The notes under the pieces were generated by a model that was not told the origin of the DNA, made no database searches, and saw only the letters and a list, made by a program, of their open reading frames with translations. This document shows positions 8,375 through 19,520 of a stretch of 64,000 nt of DNA, one piece after another. A program made the position numbers and the translations under genes. Positions within the stretch are counted from its first letter, which is position 1, and the number at the start of each line of letters is the position of its first letter. Origin of the DNA: an uncultured Acidobacteriota bacterium (GTDB lineage: Bacteria; Acidobacteriota; Vicinamibacteria; Fen-336); contig OY970399.1 in NCBI GenBank assembly GCA_963720545.1, forward strand, positions 3,424,001 to 3,488,000, read 5' to 3'.

Positions 8375-10141
8375 TTGGCCGCGCCCCTGCCGCGCCCGCG
8401 CGGCCGCATCCTCGTCACGCTGCTGCTGATGATGGGGGTGATCAGCGTCGCGCCGCTGCTCTGGACCTCGTGGAGCCTGTTCCGGCGCAGCCGCGACATC
8501 CTCGAGCTCGACCAGAAGTCGAGCCAGCTCGACAAGGCGCGCGGCCTCTCCGAGCAGATCGCCCTGTACGTCGGCGGCATTCGCGAGGACGCCGCCGGCA
8601 TGGCGCGTTCGTTCGGCCCGGAGGCCGCCGCGTCGGGCATGGCCGCGGTCACCGCGCGCCTCGAGAAGCAGGGCAGCCTCAATGCCTACATGAGCGCCTC
8701 ATCGCACTTCTACGTCATCGGTGTGCGCCACGCCGACTGCACGGGCGCCGAATGGGGCATGCGCTTCCCCGACCAGCAGGTGCGCGCCATGATGGACCAG
8801 GGCTGCCAGGTCGCGCTGCAAGGCGCGGCCGAGGCCAGCCCGCCGATCCTCGCCGCTTCCGTGAAGGAGCCGGTGATGATCATCGCCGAGCCCATTCGCG
8901 ACGGCAACGGGCCGGTGCTGGGCGCGGTGGTCGCGGTTGCCGGTCTCGGCCCGGTGTGGCGCATGACCCAGGAGATGGCGGGGGGCACTGCCGACGTCTA
9001 CGTGGTGGACCGTCGCGGCCGGCTGATCGCCCATTCCGATCCGGGCGCCGCACAGGCGGGGCCGCAGGACGTGTCGGACGTCGAGATCGTCAAGCGTTTC
9101 ATCGCCAGCCAGCAGGCCGCCTCGCGCACCTCGCAGACGATGCCGTTCACGCTCGCCGGGCCCGGCGGCCCGCAGCGCATGCTCGGCACTTTCACGCCGG
9201 TGCCGAACGACTCGGGATGGGGTGTGGTCGCGCAGGTCAGCGAGAGCAAGGCGTACCACGACGCCGACGAGATGTGGCGCTTCTCGCGCTGGCTGGTGGC
9301 GTCGGTGGCGCTGCTCGCCGCGGCTGCCGCCGCCGCGTTCGCACAGGGCATCAGCCGCCCCATCCAGGACCTCGCGAAAGGCGCGCAGCAGCTGGCCGCG
9401 GGCCAGTACCACACGCGCGTCGCCGTGAAGTCGCGCAACGAGATCGGCATCCTCGCCGGCGCCTTCAACCACATGGGCGACCAGATCGAGAGCCATATCG
9501 ACGAGATCCGGCGCGCCGCGGCCACCAACAAGGAGCTGTTCTTCGGCGCCATCAAGATGCTGGCGAACGCCATCGACGAGAAAGACGTGTACACGCGCGG
9601 CCATTCCGAGCGCGTCGGCCACTACTCGCAGGAGCTGGCGCGGTTCATGGGCATGGACGCCGCGGAGGTCGAGCGCGCCTACCTCGCCGGCATCCTCCAC
9701 GACGTCGGCAAGATCGGCATCGACGACCGCATCCTGCGCAAGCCGGCGGCGCTCACCGACGACGAGTACGAGATCATGAAGGAGCACCCGCGCCGCGGCG
9801 AGAACATCCTGAAGGCGGTGCCGCGGCTCATGGAGCTGGCGGGTGACGGCCTGCTGCACCACGAGAACCTCGACGGCAGCGGCTATCCGGACGGCCTCAG
9901 CGCCGAGCAGATCCCGCTGCTCGGCCGCATCGTGAGCGTGGCCGACGCCTTCGACGCGATGACCACCGACCGGCCGTACTCGGCGGCCTGGCCCGATGCG
10001 AAGGCGGTCGAGCGGCTGCAGGCGCTGGTGGGCAAGAAATTCGACGAACGCTGCGTCGCGGCGCTTGCCAAGGCGATCGCAGATGGCGCATTGTCATCGG
10101 CGAAGGCGCGGGTGGCCGCGGTCGTGGCCCGGCGCACGTAA
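8375..10141 (+). CDS. Membrane Cache-HAMP-HD-GYP cyclic dinucleotide phosphodiesterase
   Basis: Two TM helices around a Cache-like region, HAMP (RNEIGILAGAFNHM), YTRGHSERV, LHDVGK, HHENLDGSGYPDGL, ADAFDAMTTDRPY. Confidence 0.9.
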   Translation: MAAPLPRPRGRILVTLLLMMGVISVAPLLWTSWSLFRRSRDILELDQKSSQLDKARGLSEQIALYVGGIREDAAGMARSFGPEAAASGMAAVTARLEKQGSLNAYMSASSHFYVIGVRHADCTGAEWGMRFPDQQVRAMMDQGCQVALQGAAEASPPILAASVKEPVMIIAEPIRDGNGPVLGAVVAVAGLGPVWRMTQEMAGGTADVYVVDRRGRLIAHSDPGAAQAGPQDVSDVEIVKRFIASQQAASRTSQTMPFTLAGPGGPQRMLGTFTPVPNDSGWGVVAQVSESKAYHDADEMWRFSRWLVASVALLAAAAAAAFAQGISRPIQDLAKGAQQLAAGQYHTRVAVKSRNEIGILAGAFNHMGDQIESHIDEIRRAAATNKELFFGAIKMLANAIDEKDVYTRGHSERVGHYSQELARFMGMDAAEVERAYLAGILHDVGKIGIDDRILRKPAALTDDEYEIMKEHPRRGENILKAVPRLMELAGDGLLHHENLDGSGYPDGLSAEQIPLLGRIVSVADAFDAMTTDRPYSAAWPDAKAVERLQALVGKKFDERCVAALAKAIADGALSSAKARVAAVVARRT

Positions 10142-10169
10142 GGCGTAAAGAAGGAAGGAAGCGAACGTT

Positions 10170-10943
10170 ATGGCGGAACGGCTGATACGTAAGGGCGCAT
10201 TGCTCGCGACACTGGCGCTGGCGCTGGCTGCCGCCGCGCCGGCGGCGGCGCAGGAAAAGGGCCCGGGCCAGTCGCAGGGCGAGGCGAACTTCAACACCGG
10301 CATCGCGCACCTCTCTGGCGGGCGCGTGGACCTCGCGGTCGAAGAGTTTCGCCGCGCCGTCAAGGCCGACCAGAAGAATCCCTATTTCCGCAAGGCGCTC
10401 GGCCTGTCGCTGGCGCGCCAGCAGAACTACACCGAGGCGGTCGCCGAGCTGCGCAAGGCGCTCGAGCTGAGCCCTTACTACGTGGACGTGCGCAACGACC
10501 TCGGCACGGTCCTGATCGTCTCGGGCAAGCGCGAGGAGGGCCGCGGCGAACTGGTGCGCGTCTTCACCGACCCGATGAACCCGACTCCGGAGATCACCGC
10601 GCGCAATATCGCGCAGTCGTACGTGGACGAGAAGGACTACGCGAACGCGCTCATCTGGTATCGCAGCGCCATCGAGAAGAACGACGGCTACGCCGACGGC
10701 CAGCTGGGGCTGGCCGAGGCGCTGCTGGCGCTGAAGCGCAACGGCGAGGCGCTGGTGGTGCTGGAAGCGGCGCTGCGGCCCACCGGCGACAGCGCCGAGG
10801 TATTGGTGGCGCTCGCCGAGATCTACCAGCGCAACGGCAAGCTCGCCGAGGCGCGCGCCGCGCTCGAAAAGGCGGTGCGCCAGGATCCGGGCGGACCCGC
10901 GGGCCAGCGCGCGAGCGAACTGCTGAAGACCCTCGGTCAGTAG
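10170..10943 (+). CDS. Exported TPR protein (PilF/PilW/Tgl pilotin-like)
   Basis: Sec signal peptide followed by ~6 TPR repeats; segment RNDLG...DPMNPTPEITARNIA resembles Tgl/PilW-type proteins. No lipobox Cys. Confidence 0.7.
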   Translation: MAERLIRKGALLATLALALAAAAPAAAQEKGPGQSQGEANFNTGIAHLSGGRVDLAVEEFRRAVKADQKNPYFRKALGLSLARQQNYTEAVAELRKALELSPYYVDVRNDLGTVLIVSGKREEGRGELVRVFTDPMNPTPEITARNIAQSYVDEKDYANALIWYRSAIEKNDGYADGQLGLAEALLALKRNGEALVVLEAALRPTGDSAEVLVALAEIYQRNGKLAEARAALEKAVRQDPGGPAGQRASELLKTLGQ

Positions 10944-10948
10944 ACGCC

Positions 10949-11890
10949 GTGACGACCGGCGCACCCGTCAAGCCGCGGTTCTTCGAGCGGCTGAAGCAGT
11001 CTCTCTCGCGCACCCGTGCGCTCCTCGAGATGCCGGTCGAGGACCTGGTGCGCGGCGAGCGGCCGCTCGAAGCCGCCGACCTCGAGGCGATCGAGGAGGC
11101 GCTGCTCGCGGCCGACATGGGACCAGCCGCGGTTGCGGACGCGATTGAAGTCCTGCGCGAGCGCAGCCGCGACATCGCGCATGCGGGCAAGGACGGCATG
11201 CGCGGCGTGCTGCACTCGGAGATCGCGCGCGCCCTGACGACACCGGCGGCGCCGGCGCTCTTCACCGCCACGCCGTGGGTGGTTTTCGTGGTCGGCGTCA
11301 ACGGCGCAGGCAAGACCACGACCATCGGCAAGCTGGCCAAGACCCTGCAAGGGGAAGGACGGCGCTCGCTCATCTGCGCCGCGGACACCTTTCGCGCCGC
11401 TGCCGCGGAGCAGCTGGAGGTCTGGGCGCAGCGCAGCGGCGCTGCCTTCCATCGCGGCGCCGAAGGCGCCGACCCGGCGGCGGTGGTGACCGATGCGATC
11501 CGCATGGCGCGGGCGCGCGGACTCGACGCGGTGCTCGTGGACACCGCGGGGCGCCTGCACACCAAGGGCAACCTGATGGCGGAACTGGCGAAGATGGCGC
11601 GCGTCGCCGGGCGCGAAGCCGCGGGCGCGCCGCACGAGACGCTGCTGGTGCTCGACGCCACCACCGGGGCCAACGGCCTCGCCCAGGGACGCGAGTTCGC
11701 GAAGGCCGCGGCCGTGACCGGCATCGTCCTCACCAAGCTCGACGGCACCGCGAAGGGCGGCGTCGCGGTGGCGGTGGTGCGCGACCTGCAGGTGCCGATC
11801 CGCTACGTGGGCGTCGGCGAACAGGTCGACGACCTGCTGCCGTTCGACGCCGCGGCGTTCGCCTCGGGACTTCTCGGGATGTCGTCTTGA
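10949..11890 (+). CDS. ftsY: SRP receptor FtsY
   Basis: [32 protein letters not shown]. Confidence 0.97.
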   Translation: MTTGAPVKPRFFERLKQSLSRTRALLEMPVEDLVRGERPLEAADLEAIEEALLAADMGPAAVADAIEVLRERSRDIAHAGKDGMRGVLHSEIARALTTPAAPALFTATPWVVFVVGVNGAGKTTTIGKLAKTLQGEGRRSLICAADTFRAAAAEQLEVWAQRSGAAFHRGAEGADPAAVVTDAIRMARARGLDAVLVDTAGRLHTKGNLMAELAKMARVAGREAAGAPHETLLVLDATTGANGLAQGREFAKAAAVTGIVLTKLDGTAKGGVAVAVVRDLQVPIRYVGVGEQVDDLLPFDAAAFASGLLGMSS

Positions 11891-12987
11891 GCGGGGACGA
11901 CGACGCGGCCTTCATGGCGCGCGCGCTGGCGCTTGCGCGGAAGGGCAAGGGCGAAACGAACCCCAACCCGCTGGTCGGCTGCGTGGTCGTGAAGGACGGG
12001 CGGATCGTCGGCGAGGGCTTTCATGCCCGCGCCGGTGGAGCGCACGCCGAAACGGCGGCGCTGGCGCGTGCCGGAGGCGAAGCGCGCGGCGCGACGCTCT
12101 ACGTGAACCTCGAGCCGTGCGCGCACCAGGGCCGCACGCCGCCGTGCGCGCCGGCCGTTGCGGCAGCGGGTATTGCGCGGGTGGTGGCCGCGGTGCGCGA
12201 TGCCAACCCCGCGGTCGCCGGCAAGGGGCTCACGCAGCTGCGCAAGGCCGGGGTGGCGGTGACCCTCGGCGTGCTCGCGAGCGAGGCCCGCCGCCTCAAT
12301 AACCGGTTTCTGCAAGGTGTCGTGGGCAAGCGGCCGTACGTCACGCTCAAGGCTGCGATGACACTCGACGGCCGCATCGCCACCGCCAGCGGCCAATCGA
12401 AATGGCTGACCTCCGCGGCGCAGAGGCGCTCGGCACGCGCGCTGCGGCGCGTGCACGACGGCATCCTCGTGGGCATCGGCACGGTGCTCGCCGACGATCC
12501 GCTGCTGCTGCCGGCGCCGCGGGTGCGCCGGCCGTTCCCGCGCGTGGTCGTCGACAGCAACCTGCGGATTCCGCTGGAGTCGCAGCTGGTGCGAACCGCG
12601 GCCGACCAGCCGCTCGTGGTGCTTTGCAGCCGCGATGCCGACGCCGATCGCCGCCACCTCCTCGAACGCCGCGCGGTGCAGGTCTGGCCGATCCCCGCGA
12701 AGGACGGCCGCCTCGACCTTGCCGCCGGCCTGCGCCGCCTGCGCAGCGCCGGCCTCATGGTGCTGATGGTGGAGGGCGGCAGCGAGATCCTCGGCGCCTT
12801 CCTCGCCGCGCGGCTCTTCGACGAGGCCGTCTTCTATCGCGCCGCGCTGCTGCTTGGCGGCCGCAACAGCCGCCCCGCCTTCGGCGGACCAGAGCCGCGC
12901 TCGCTCAAGTCGGCGCTCGCGATGCGGCGCGCCCGGCCGCCCCTGGACGACGAGCCGCCGCTCGCCGAACGCTGGTTCGTCGGCTGA
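11887..12987 (+). CDS. ribD: Riboflavin biosynthesis deaminase/reductase RibD
   Basis: [45 protein letters not shown] at 11887 overlaps the ftsY stop (alternative ATG at 11914). Confidence 0.95.
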   Translation: MSGDDDAAFMARALALARKGKGETNPNPLVGCVVVKDGRIVGEGFHARAGGAHAETAALARAGGEARGATLYVNLEPCAHQGRTPPCAPAVAAAGIARVVAAVRDANPAVAGKGLTQLRKAGVAVTLGVLASEARRLNNRFLQGVVGKRPYVTLKAAMTLDGRIATASGQSKWLTSAAQRRSARALRRVHDGILVGIGTVLADDPLLLPAPRVRRPFPRVVVDSNLRIPLESQLVRTAADQPLVVLCSRDADADRRHLLERRAVQVWPIPAKDGRLDLAAGLRRLRSAGLMVLMVEGGSEILGAFLAARLFDEAVFYRAALLLGGRNSRPAFGGPEPRSLKSALAMRRARPPLDDEPPLAERWFVG

Positions 12988-12988
12988 C

Positions 12989-13597
12989 ATGTTCACCGGC
13001 ATCGTGGAGGGTCTCGGCACGGTCAGGAGCGCGCGGCGCGATGCCGAAGTGCTGCGCGTTGCGATCGACGCCGCGGCCCTCGCCGCCGGCCTGCGGCCCG
13101 GCTCGTCCATTGCCGTCAACGGCTGCTGCCTGACGGTGGAGACGCTCGCGGGCAGCGTCTTCACCTGCGCGCTCAGCGAAGAGACCGTGCTGCGCACGCG
13201 TTTCAACACGCGGCTGGTGCCGGGCACCGCGGTCAACCTCGAGCGCGCGCTGCGCGCGGACGGCCGGCTCGAGGGCCACATCGTCCAGGGCCACGTGGAC
13301 GGCGTCGGCACGATTGCCGCGCTCGAACGCTCCGCCGCCGGCTCCGCGCTGCTCGCCGTGGACGCGCCTGCGGAGCTCCAGCGTTACCTCGCCCTCAAGG
13401 GTTCGGTCGCGGTGGACGGCATCTCGCTGACGGTCGCGAGCCTCGATCGGGGCCGCTTCGGCGCCGCCCTCATCCCCTATACACTGGACCATACGAACCT
13501 CGCCTCGGCGCGGCCCGGCGATCCCGTCAACCTCGAGACCGACATCCTCGCGCGTTACGTCGAGCGCCTCGGCGGGCGAAGTTCGCAGGAGCGATAG
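12989..13597 (+). CDS. ribE: Riboflavin synthase (alpha chain)
   Basis: MFTGIVE start, [29 protein letters not shown]. Confidence 0.96.
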   Translation: MFTGIVEGLGTVRSARRDAEVLRVAIDAAALAAGLRPGSSIAVNGCCLTVETLAGSVFTCALSEETVLRTRFNTRLVPGTAVNLERALRADGRLEGHIVQGHVDGVGTIAALERSAAGSALLAVDAPAELQRYLALKGSVAVDGISLTVASLDRGRFGAALIPYTLDHTNLASARPGDPVNLETDILARYVERLGGRSSQER

Positions 13598-13604
13598 ACC
13601 GCAC

Positions 13605-14813
13605 ATGCCCTTCGCACGCATCGAGGACGCGATCGACGACATTCGCCTCGGGCGGATGGTGATCGTCATTGACGACGAGGAGCGCGAGAACGAGGGCGAC
13701 CTGACGCTCGCGGCCGAGAAGGTCACGCCCGAGATCATCAATTTCATGGCGCGCCACGGCCGCGGCCTCATCTGCATGCCGATGACGGCGCAGCGCCTCG
13801 ACGAGCTGCGCATCCCGCTGATGGTGCGCGACGAGCAGAACGACGCCAAGTTCGGCACCGCCTTCTGCGTGCCGATCGAGGCCAAGAAGGGCACCACCAC
13901 CGGCATCTCGGCGAGCGACCGCGCCCGCACCATCCTCACCGCGGTCGACCCGGCCTCGCAGCCGGGCGACCTGGCGCGTCCCGGCCACATGTTCCCGCTG
14001 CGCGCCGAGACCGGCGGGGTGCTGGTGCGGGCCGGCCAGACCGAGGCGGCGGTGGACCTCGCGCGCCTCGCCGGCCTCAACCCGGCCGGCGTCATCTGCG
14101 AAATCATGAACGAGGACGGCACCATGGCTCGCGTGCCGCAGCTCGAGGCGTTCTGCGCCGAGCACGGCCTGCGCATGATCACGATCAAGGACCTGATCCA
14201 GTACCGCATGCGCAACGAGCGGCTGGTGCGCAAGATCGCCGAGGCCAGCCTGCCGACCGACTACGGCGACTTCCGCATCCACGCGTTCGAGAGCCTGATC
14301 GACAAGGAACACCACGTGGCGCTGGTGATGGGCAAGATCGAGCCGGGCGACGAGGTGCTGGTGCGCGTGCACTCGCAGTGCCTCACCGGCGACATCTTCG
14401 CGTCGTCGCGCTGCGACTGCGGCGCGCAGCTGCACACGGCGCTCGAAGCGATCGGCAAGCGCGGCCAGGGCGTGCTCCTGTACCTGCGCCAGGAAGGCCG
14501 CGGCATCGGCCTGCTGCACAAGATCATGGCGTACCAGCTGCAGGACCAGGGCCGCGACACGGTGCAGGCGAACGAAGACCTCGGCTTCAAGGCCGACCAG
14601 CGCGATTACGGCATCGGCGCGCAGATCCTCGCCGAGCTCGGCCTGCGCGACATCCGGCTGATGACCAACAACCCGCGCAAGTTCGTCGGCCTCGAGGGCT
14701 ACGGCCTGCGCATCGCCGGCCGGGTGCCCATCGAGGTCGCGCCGTCCGCCGCCAACGTCGTCTACCTCAAGACCAAGAAGGAAAAGCTCGGCCACCTGCT
14801 GCGCAAGGTGTAG
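13605..14813 (+). CDS. ribBA: Bifunctional DHBP synthase / GTP cyclohydrolase II
   Basis: [43 protein letters not shown]. Confidence 0.97.
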   Translation: MPFARIEDAIDDIRLGRMVIVIDDEERENEGDLTLAAEKVTPEIINFMARHGRGLICMPMTAQRLDELRIPLMVRDEQNDAKFGTAFCVPIEAKKGTTTGISASDRARTILTAVDPASQPGDLARPGHMFPLRAETGGVLVRAGQTEAAVDLARLAGLNPAGVICEIMNEDGTMARVPQLEAFCAEHGLRMITIKDLIQYRMRNERLVRKIAEASLPTDYGDFRIHAFESLIDKEHHVALVMGKIEPGDEVLVRVHSQCLTGDIFASSRCDCGAQLHTALEAIGKRGQGVLLYLRQEGRGIGLLHKIMAYQLQDQGRDTVQANEDLGFKADQRDYGIGAQILAELGLRDIRLMTNNPRKFVGLEGYGLRIAGRVPIEVAPSAANVVYLKTKKEKLGHLLRKV

Positions 14814-14822
14814 CCCTCGCCC

Positions 14823-16223
14823 ATGTCCCGCGCCCGCGGCCTGGCAGCGCTGCTCCTGCTGTTCGCGGTCATCGCATACCTCGTTCCACACCCCGATTCG
14901 GTCAGCGCGCAAGGCTGGCGGCAGCTCGCGATCTTCGTCACCACCATTGCCGGGATGATTCTCGAGCCGCTGCCCGCGGCGGCACTGGTGCTGATGGGAC
15001 TCGTCGCCATGGTGGCCAACGGCGCGCCGCTGCGCGAGGCGTTCGCAGGCTTCGCCGAGTCCGCGGTGTGGCTGGTGCTGGTGGCGATGCTGGTGGCGCG
15101 CGCCATGCTGAAGGCGGGCCTCGGGCGGCGCATCGCGCTGCTCTTCCTGCGCGCCTTCGGCCGCAGCTCGCTCGGCATCTCGTACTCGCTGGTCGCGACC
15201 GACGTGGTGCTCGCCGGCGGCGTGCCCTCGATCGCCGCGCGCAGCGGCTGCATGGTGCTGCCGGTTCCGGTGAGTATCGCGGAGCTGTTCGACTCGCGCC
15301 CCGGCCCCACCGCCAGGCGCCTCGGCACGTTCCTGATCGCCGCGATGTACCAGGCCTCGGCGGTCGCGTGCGCCATGTTCCTCACCGGCCAGGCGAGCAA
15401 CGTCCTCGGCGCGGCGCTGGCCCTGAAGCTCGCCGGCGTCTCGATCTCGTGGTTAGACTGGCTGGTCGCTGCCAGCGTGCCGGGGCTCGTCGGCTGCGCG
15501 GTGGTGCCGTGGGTCGTCTACCGGCTGCTGACGCCTGAGATTCGCAGCACCCCGGAAGCCGCGTCGTTCGCGCGCAGCGAGCTGGCCGCCATGGGGCCGC
15601 TGACCCGCGCGCAGGGAATAACGCTCGCCGTGTTCACGGGCGTCGGCAGCTTGTGGTTCACGTCCGCATGGCATGGGCTCGATGTCGCGTTCGTCGCGCT
15701 CCTCGGCCTCTGCGTGCTGCTCGCCACCGGCACCATGACCTGGCAGGAGTGCGTCTCGGAAGCGCCAGCGTGGAACATGTTCATCTGGTACGGCGGCCTG
15801 CTGCGCATGGGCGAGATGCTGAACTCGACCGGCGTCACCCAGGCGTTCGCCACCGCGATCGGCTCGGCCTTCACCGGCATTCCGTGGTTCGCGGTGCTCA
15901 TCGCGATCCTGCTCGTCTACTACTACTCGCACTATTTCTTCGCCAGCATCACCGCGCACCTGCTCGCGATGTTCCCGCCGTTCGTGATCCTGCTGGTCAG
16001 CATCGGCGCGCCGCCGAAGCTCGCGGCCTTCAGCTTGCTTTGCCTTGCGAACCTCACCGCCGGCCTGACCCACTACGGAACCACCAGCGCCCCGATGCTG
16101 TTCGGCCTCGGCTACGTGTCCCTGCGCGACTGGTGGCGCACCGGCTTCATCGTGTCGCTCGCGAACCTCGCCATCTGGCTGACGGTCGGGCTCGCCTGGT
16201 GGAAGGCGCTCGGGTTCTGGTGA
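14823..16223 (+). CDS. DASS-family (CitT-like) di/tricarboxylate or sulfate transporter
   Basis: Multi-TM; GLGRRIA, PSIAARSG, MFLTGQASN, HYFFASITAH, LTHYGT. Confidence 0.9.
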   Translation: MSRARGLAALLLLFAVIAYLVPHPDSVSAQGWRQLAIFVTTIAGMILEPLPAAALVLMGLVAMVANGAPLREAFAGFAESAVWLVLVAMLVARAMLKAGLGRRIALLFLRAFGRSSLGISYSLVATDVVLAGGVPSIAARSGCMVLPVPVSIAELFDSRPGPTARRLGTFLIAAMYQASAVACAMFLTGQASNVLGAALALKLAGVSISWLDWLVAASVPGLVGCAVVPWVVYRLLTPEIRSTPEAASFARSELAAMGPLTRAQGITLAVFTGVGSLWFTSAWHGLDVAFVALLGLCVLLATGTMTWQECVSEAPAWNMFIWYGGLLRMGEMLNSTGVTQAFATAIGSAFTGIPWFAVLIAILLVYYYSHYFFASITAHLLAMFPPFVILLVSIGAPPKLAAFSLLCLANLTAGLTHYGTTSAPMLFGLGYVSLRDWWRTGFIVSLANLAIWLTVGLAWWKALGFW

Positions 16224-16261
16224 AGCGCACCTAACTCTTGGCCGCACCATGGGTTACGGTT

Positions 16262-16291
16262 TTGACAGAGGGGTGCCCGGTCCCTTAAGAT
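16262..16291 (+). promoter_or_regulatory. Sigma70-type promoter for the ffh operon
   Basis: TTGACA 16262-16267, 18 nt, TAAGAT 16286-16291. Confidence 0.65.
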
Positions 16292-16310
16292 CACGTGTTT
16301 CGCACCTGCC

Positions 16311-17660
16311 ATGTTCGACACCCTTACCGACAAGCTCCAAGGCGCATTCCGCTCGCTTCGCGGGGGGACCTTGTCCGAAGAGTCGGTGGACAAGGCGCTG
16401 CGCGAAATTCGCATGGCGCTGCTCGAGGCCGACGTCAACTTCAAGGTGGCCAAGGACTTCGTCGAACGGGTGCGGACGAAGGCGATCGGCGCCGAGGTGC
16501 TGCGCAGCCTGACTCCCGACCAGGCCGTCATCCGCATCGTGCGCGACGAGATGCTCGAACTCCTCGGCGGCGACGCGCCGGCGCGGCTCGAGTTCGGGTC
16601 GAAGGTGCCGGCCGTGGTGCTGATGACCGGGCTGCAAGGCTCGGGCAAGACCACCACGTCCGCCAAGCTCGCGAAGTGGCTGGTCAAGGGCGGACACCAT
16701 CCGCTGCTGGTCTCGACCGACGTGTACCGGCCGGCGGCGCGCGAGCAGCTGCGCACGCTGGCGCAGGCTCACGGCCTGCCCATCCACCATCCCGAGGGAG
16801 CGGCGGCGCCGCTCGAGCTGTTGCGCGGCGCGCTGGCGGCGGCGCGCAGCACCGGCCACGACGTGGTGCTCGTGGACACCGCCGGCCGCCTGCACATCGA
16901 CGACGAGATGATGAGCGAGCTCGAGGCGCTGCGCGACGCCGCGGCGCCGGCCGAGATCCTGTACGTCGCCGACGCCATGACCGGGCAGGACGCGGTCAGG
17001 AGCGCCGCCGAGTTCCAGCGGCGCATCGGCATCACCGGACTGGTACTGAGCAAGCTCGACGGCGACGCGCGCGGCGGCGCCGCGCTTTCGGCGGCCAGCG
17101 TCACCGGCAAGCCGGTCAAGTTCGCCGGCGTCGGCGAAAAGGTGGACGAGTTCGAGCTGTTCGCGGCCGAGCGCATGGTGGGCCGCATCCTCGGCATGGG
17201 CGACGTGCTCGGCCTGATCGAGCGCGCCGAGCAGGTGGTCGACCGCGAGTCGGCCGAGAAGATGATGGAGCGCCTGCGGCGCAGCGAGTTCACGCTCGAG
17301 GACTTCCGCGACCAGATGGCGCAGATAAAAAAGATGGGGCCGCTCGAGCAGATCCTCGGCATGCTGCCGGGCATGTCGGGACACATGAAGGACGTGGACA
17401 TCGCCGCCGGCGAGCGCGAGATGAAACGCACCGCCGCCATCATCGATTCGATGACGCCGCGCGAGCGCCGCGAGCCTTCGGTGTTGAACGGCAGTCGCAA
17501 GAAGCGCGTCGCCAAAGGCGCCGGCGCCGGCGTCGAGGACGTGAACCGCCTGCTCAAGCAGTTCGTGCAGGCGCGCAAGATGATGAAGTCGATGGGCGGC
17601 GGCGCCAAGGCCATGCGCCGCATGGCGGCGCAGATGGGCCAGTTCGGCAGACCGCAGTAG
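16311..17660 (+). CDS. ffh: Signal recognition particle protein Ffh
   Basis: LLEADVN, GLQGSGKTTT, DTAGR, KLDGDARGG, RILGMGD, Met-rich M domain. Confidence 0.98.
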   Translation: MFDTLTDKLQGAFRSLRGGTLSEESVDKALREIRMALLEADVNFKVAKDFVERVRTKAIGAEVLRSLTPDQAVIRIVRDEMLELLGGDAPARLEFGSKVPAVVLMTGLQGSGKTTTSAKLAKWLVKGGHHPLLVSTDVYRPAAREQLRTLAQAHGLPIHHPEGAAAPLELLRGALAAARSTGHDVVLVDTAGRLHIDDEMMSELEALRDAAAPAEILYVADAMTGQDAVRSAAEFQRRIGITGLVLSKLDGDARGGAALSAASVTGKPVKFAGVGEKVDEFELFAAERMVGRILGMGDVLGLIERAEQVVDRESAEKMMERLRRSEFTLEDFRDQMAQIKKMGPLEQILGMLPGMSGHMKDVDIAAGEREMKRTAAIIDSMTPRERREPSVLNGSRKKRVAKGAGAGVEDVNRLLKQFVQARKMMKSMGGGAKAMRRMAAQMGQFGRPQ

Positions 17661-17698
17661 AGCGCAAACAAGCAAACGAAAAGGAAACAAGGAACGCA

Positions 17699-17956
17699 AT
17701 GCTGTCCATAAGATTGAGGCGCACCGGGTCGACGAAGCGGCCCTATTACCGCGTGGTCGTCGCCGATTCGCGCTCGTGGCGCGACGGTGCCTTCGTCGAG
17801 ATCCTCGGCCATTACGATCCGCGCAAGAACCCCGCGATCGTGAAGATCGACACCGAGAAGGCGCAGCAGTGGATCGCGAAGGGCGCGCGCCCCTCCGACA
17901 CCGTCAGGAGCCTGCTGAAGACGACGGCCGAAGCCGCCGCCCCGGCGGCTTCCTAG
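17699..17956 (+). CDS. rpsP: 30S ribosomal protein S16
   Basis: MLSIRLRRTGSTKRPYYRVVVADSR, GARPSDTV. Confidence 0.97.
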   Translation: MLSIRLRRTGSTKRPYYRVVVADSRSWRDGAFVEILGHYDPRKNPAIVKIDTEKAQQWIAKGARPSDTVRSLLKTTAEAAAPAAS

Positions 17957-17976
17957 GACGAGCGAGGCGCACCGCC

Positions 17977-18207
17977 GTGAAGGAACTGCTCGAAGTGCTG
18001 GCCCGCCAGCTGGTCGAACGCCCCGACTCCGTCTCGGTCGCGGAAGTCGACGAGGGCGATGCCACGGTGCTCGAGCTCGATGTCGCCCCGGAGGACCGCG
18101 GCCTGGTCATCGGCCGCCGCGGCCGCACCGTGGACGCGCTGCGCGTGCTGGTCGACGCGGTGGCGCGCCGCAAGGGGCTCAGCTACGACGTTCGCGTGGT
18201 GGAGTGA
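17977..18207 (+). CDS. khpA: KH-domain RNA-binding protein KhpA
   Basis: EDRGLVIGRRGRT; conserved position between rpsP and rimM. Confidence 0.9.
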   Translation: MKELLEVLARQLVERPDSVSVAEVDEGDATVLELDVAPEDRGLVIGRRGRTVDALRVLVDAVARRKGLSYDVRVVE

Positions 18208-18737
18208 AGGACGTCGTGTACGCCGACCTCGTCACCATCGCGCACGTGCTGCGGCCGCAAGGGCGCAAGGGCGAGCTGCTGGCGGTGCCCCTCAGCGACC
18301 GGCCCGACCGCTTCGACACGCTCACCCGCGTGTTCGTCCCGGGCCCGGCCGGCAAGGCGCGCGAGATCGCCGTCACCTCCACCTGGCCGCACAAGGGGCA
18401 GGTGGTGGTGAAGCTCGAGGGCGTCGACTCGATCGAGGCCGCCGAGGGATTTCGCGGCGTCGACCTGCGGCTGCCCGAAGCGGAGCTCGGCGCGCTGCCG
18501 GAGGGCAGCTATTACCTGCACCAGCTCGAAGGACTGCTGGTGGTGGACGAGGCCGGCAGCGAGCACGGGCGCATCGCCCGCATCATCGAAACCGGCGGCA
18601 CCGACGTGGCCTCGGTGGCAACGCCGCAGGGCGAGGTGCTGGTGCCGCTTGCCGCCCAGTTCCTGCTGAGCGTCGACCTCGAGGCGGGCCGCGCGGTGAT
18701 GCGCTTTCCCCGGATGGCGGACGATGCTGCGCGTTGA
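18204..18737 (+). CDS. rimM: Ribosome maturation factor RimM
   Basis: PQGRKGEL, LPEGSYYLHQLEG; synteny. Confidence 0.92.
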   Translation: MKDVVYADLVTIAHVLRPQGRKGELLAVPLSDRPDRFDTLTRVFVPGPAGKAREIAVTSTWPHKGQVVVKLEGVDSIEAAEGFRGVDLRLPEAELGALPEGSYYLHQLEGLLVVDEAGSEHGRIARIIETGGTDVASVATPQGEVLVPLAAQFLLSVDLEAGRAVMRFPRMADDAAR

Positions 18738-19500
18738 CGTCCTCACCATCTTCCCGCGGCTGATCGAGGCGCCGCTCGGCGAGGGCATCGTGCACCGCGC
18801 CATCGAACGCGGCCTGGCGTCGGTCACCGCACACGACCTGAGGCAGTTCGCAAGCGACCGCCACCGCACCGTGGACGACGCGCCGTTTGGCGGCGGCCCC
18901 GGCATGGTGATGAAGGCGGAGCCCTTCTATGCGGCGATGAAGTCGCTCGGCACGCTTCTGCCCGCCACGCCCGTCGTCATGCTTTCGCCGCGCGGACGGC
19001 GCTTCGACCAGCGCACCGCGGAACGCTGGAGCCTCGCGCCGCAGCTCGTGTTCCTGTGCGGGCGCTACGAAGGCATCGACGAGCGCGTCGCCGCGGGCCT
19101 GTGCAGCGAAGAAGCGAGCCTCGGCGACTTCGTGCTGACCGGCGGGGAGGTGGCGGCGCTGGCGATGATCGAGGCGGTGGTGCGCCTGCTGCCGGGGGCA
19201 CTCGGCGATTCCGAATCGGCGGTTGCCGACAGCTTCGCCGACGGCTTGCTCGACCACCCGCACTACACGCGTCCCGCCGACTTCGAGGGCCGCACGGTGC
19301 CGGACGCGCTGATGTCGGGCAACCACGAAACGGTGCGCCGCTGGCGCCGCAAGGAGGCGCTGCGCGCCACCATCGAGCGCCGCCCCGACCTGCTGCAGGG
19401 CACGGCACTGTCGGATGCCGACCGCAAGCTGGCCGAGGAAATCGCAGAAGAAGCTTCGAAGAACGGATCGGCCGGGGTAGAAAAGGCCCTGGCCCACTAA
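18724..19500 (+). CDS. trmD: tRNA (guanine-N1)-methyltransferase TrmD
   Basis: [40 protein letters not shown]. Confidence 0.97.
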   Translation: MLRVDVLTIFPRLIEAPLGEGIVHRAIERGLASVTAHDLRQFASDRHRTVDDAPFGGGPGMVMKAEPFYAAMKSLGTLLPATPVVMLSPRGRRFDQRTAERWSLAPQLVFLCGRYEGIDERVAAGLCSEEASLGDFVLTGGEVAALAMIEAVVRLLPGALGDSESAVADSFADGLLDHPHYTRPADFEGRTVPDALMSGNHETVRRWRRKEALRATIERRPDLLQGTALSDADRKLAEEIAEEASKNGSAGVEKALAH

Positions 19501-19520
19501 GCAGCGAGAGAAAGAGAGCC

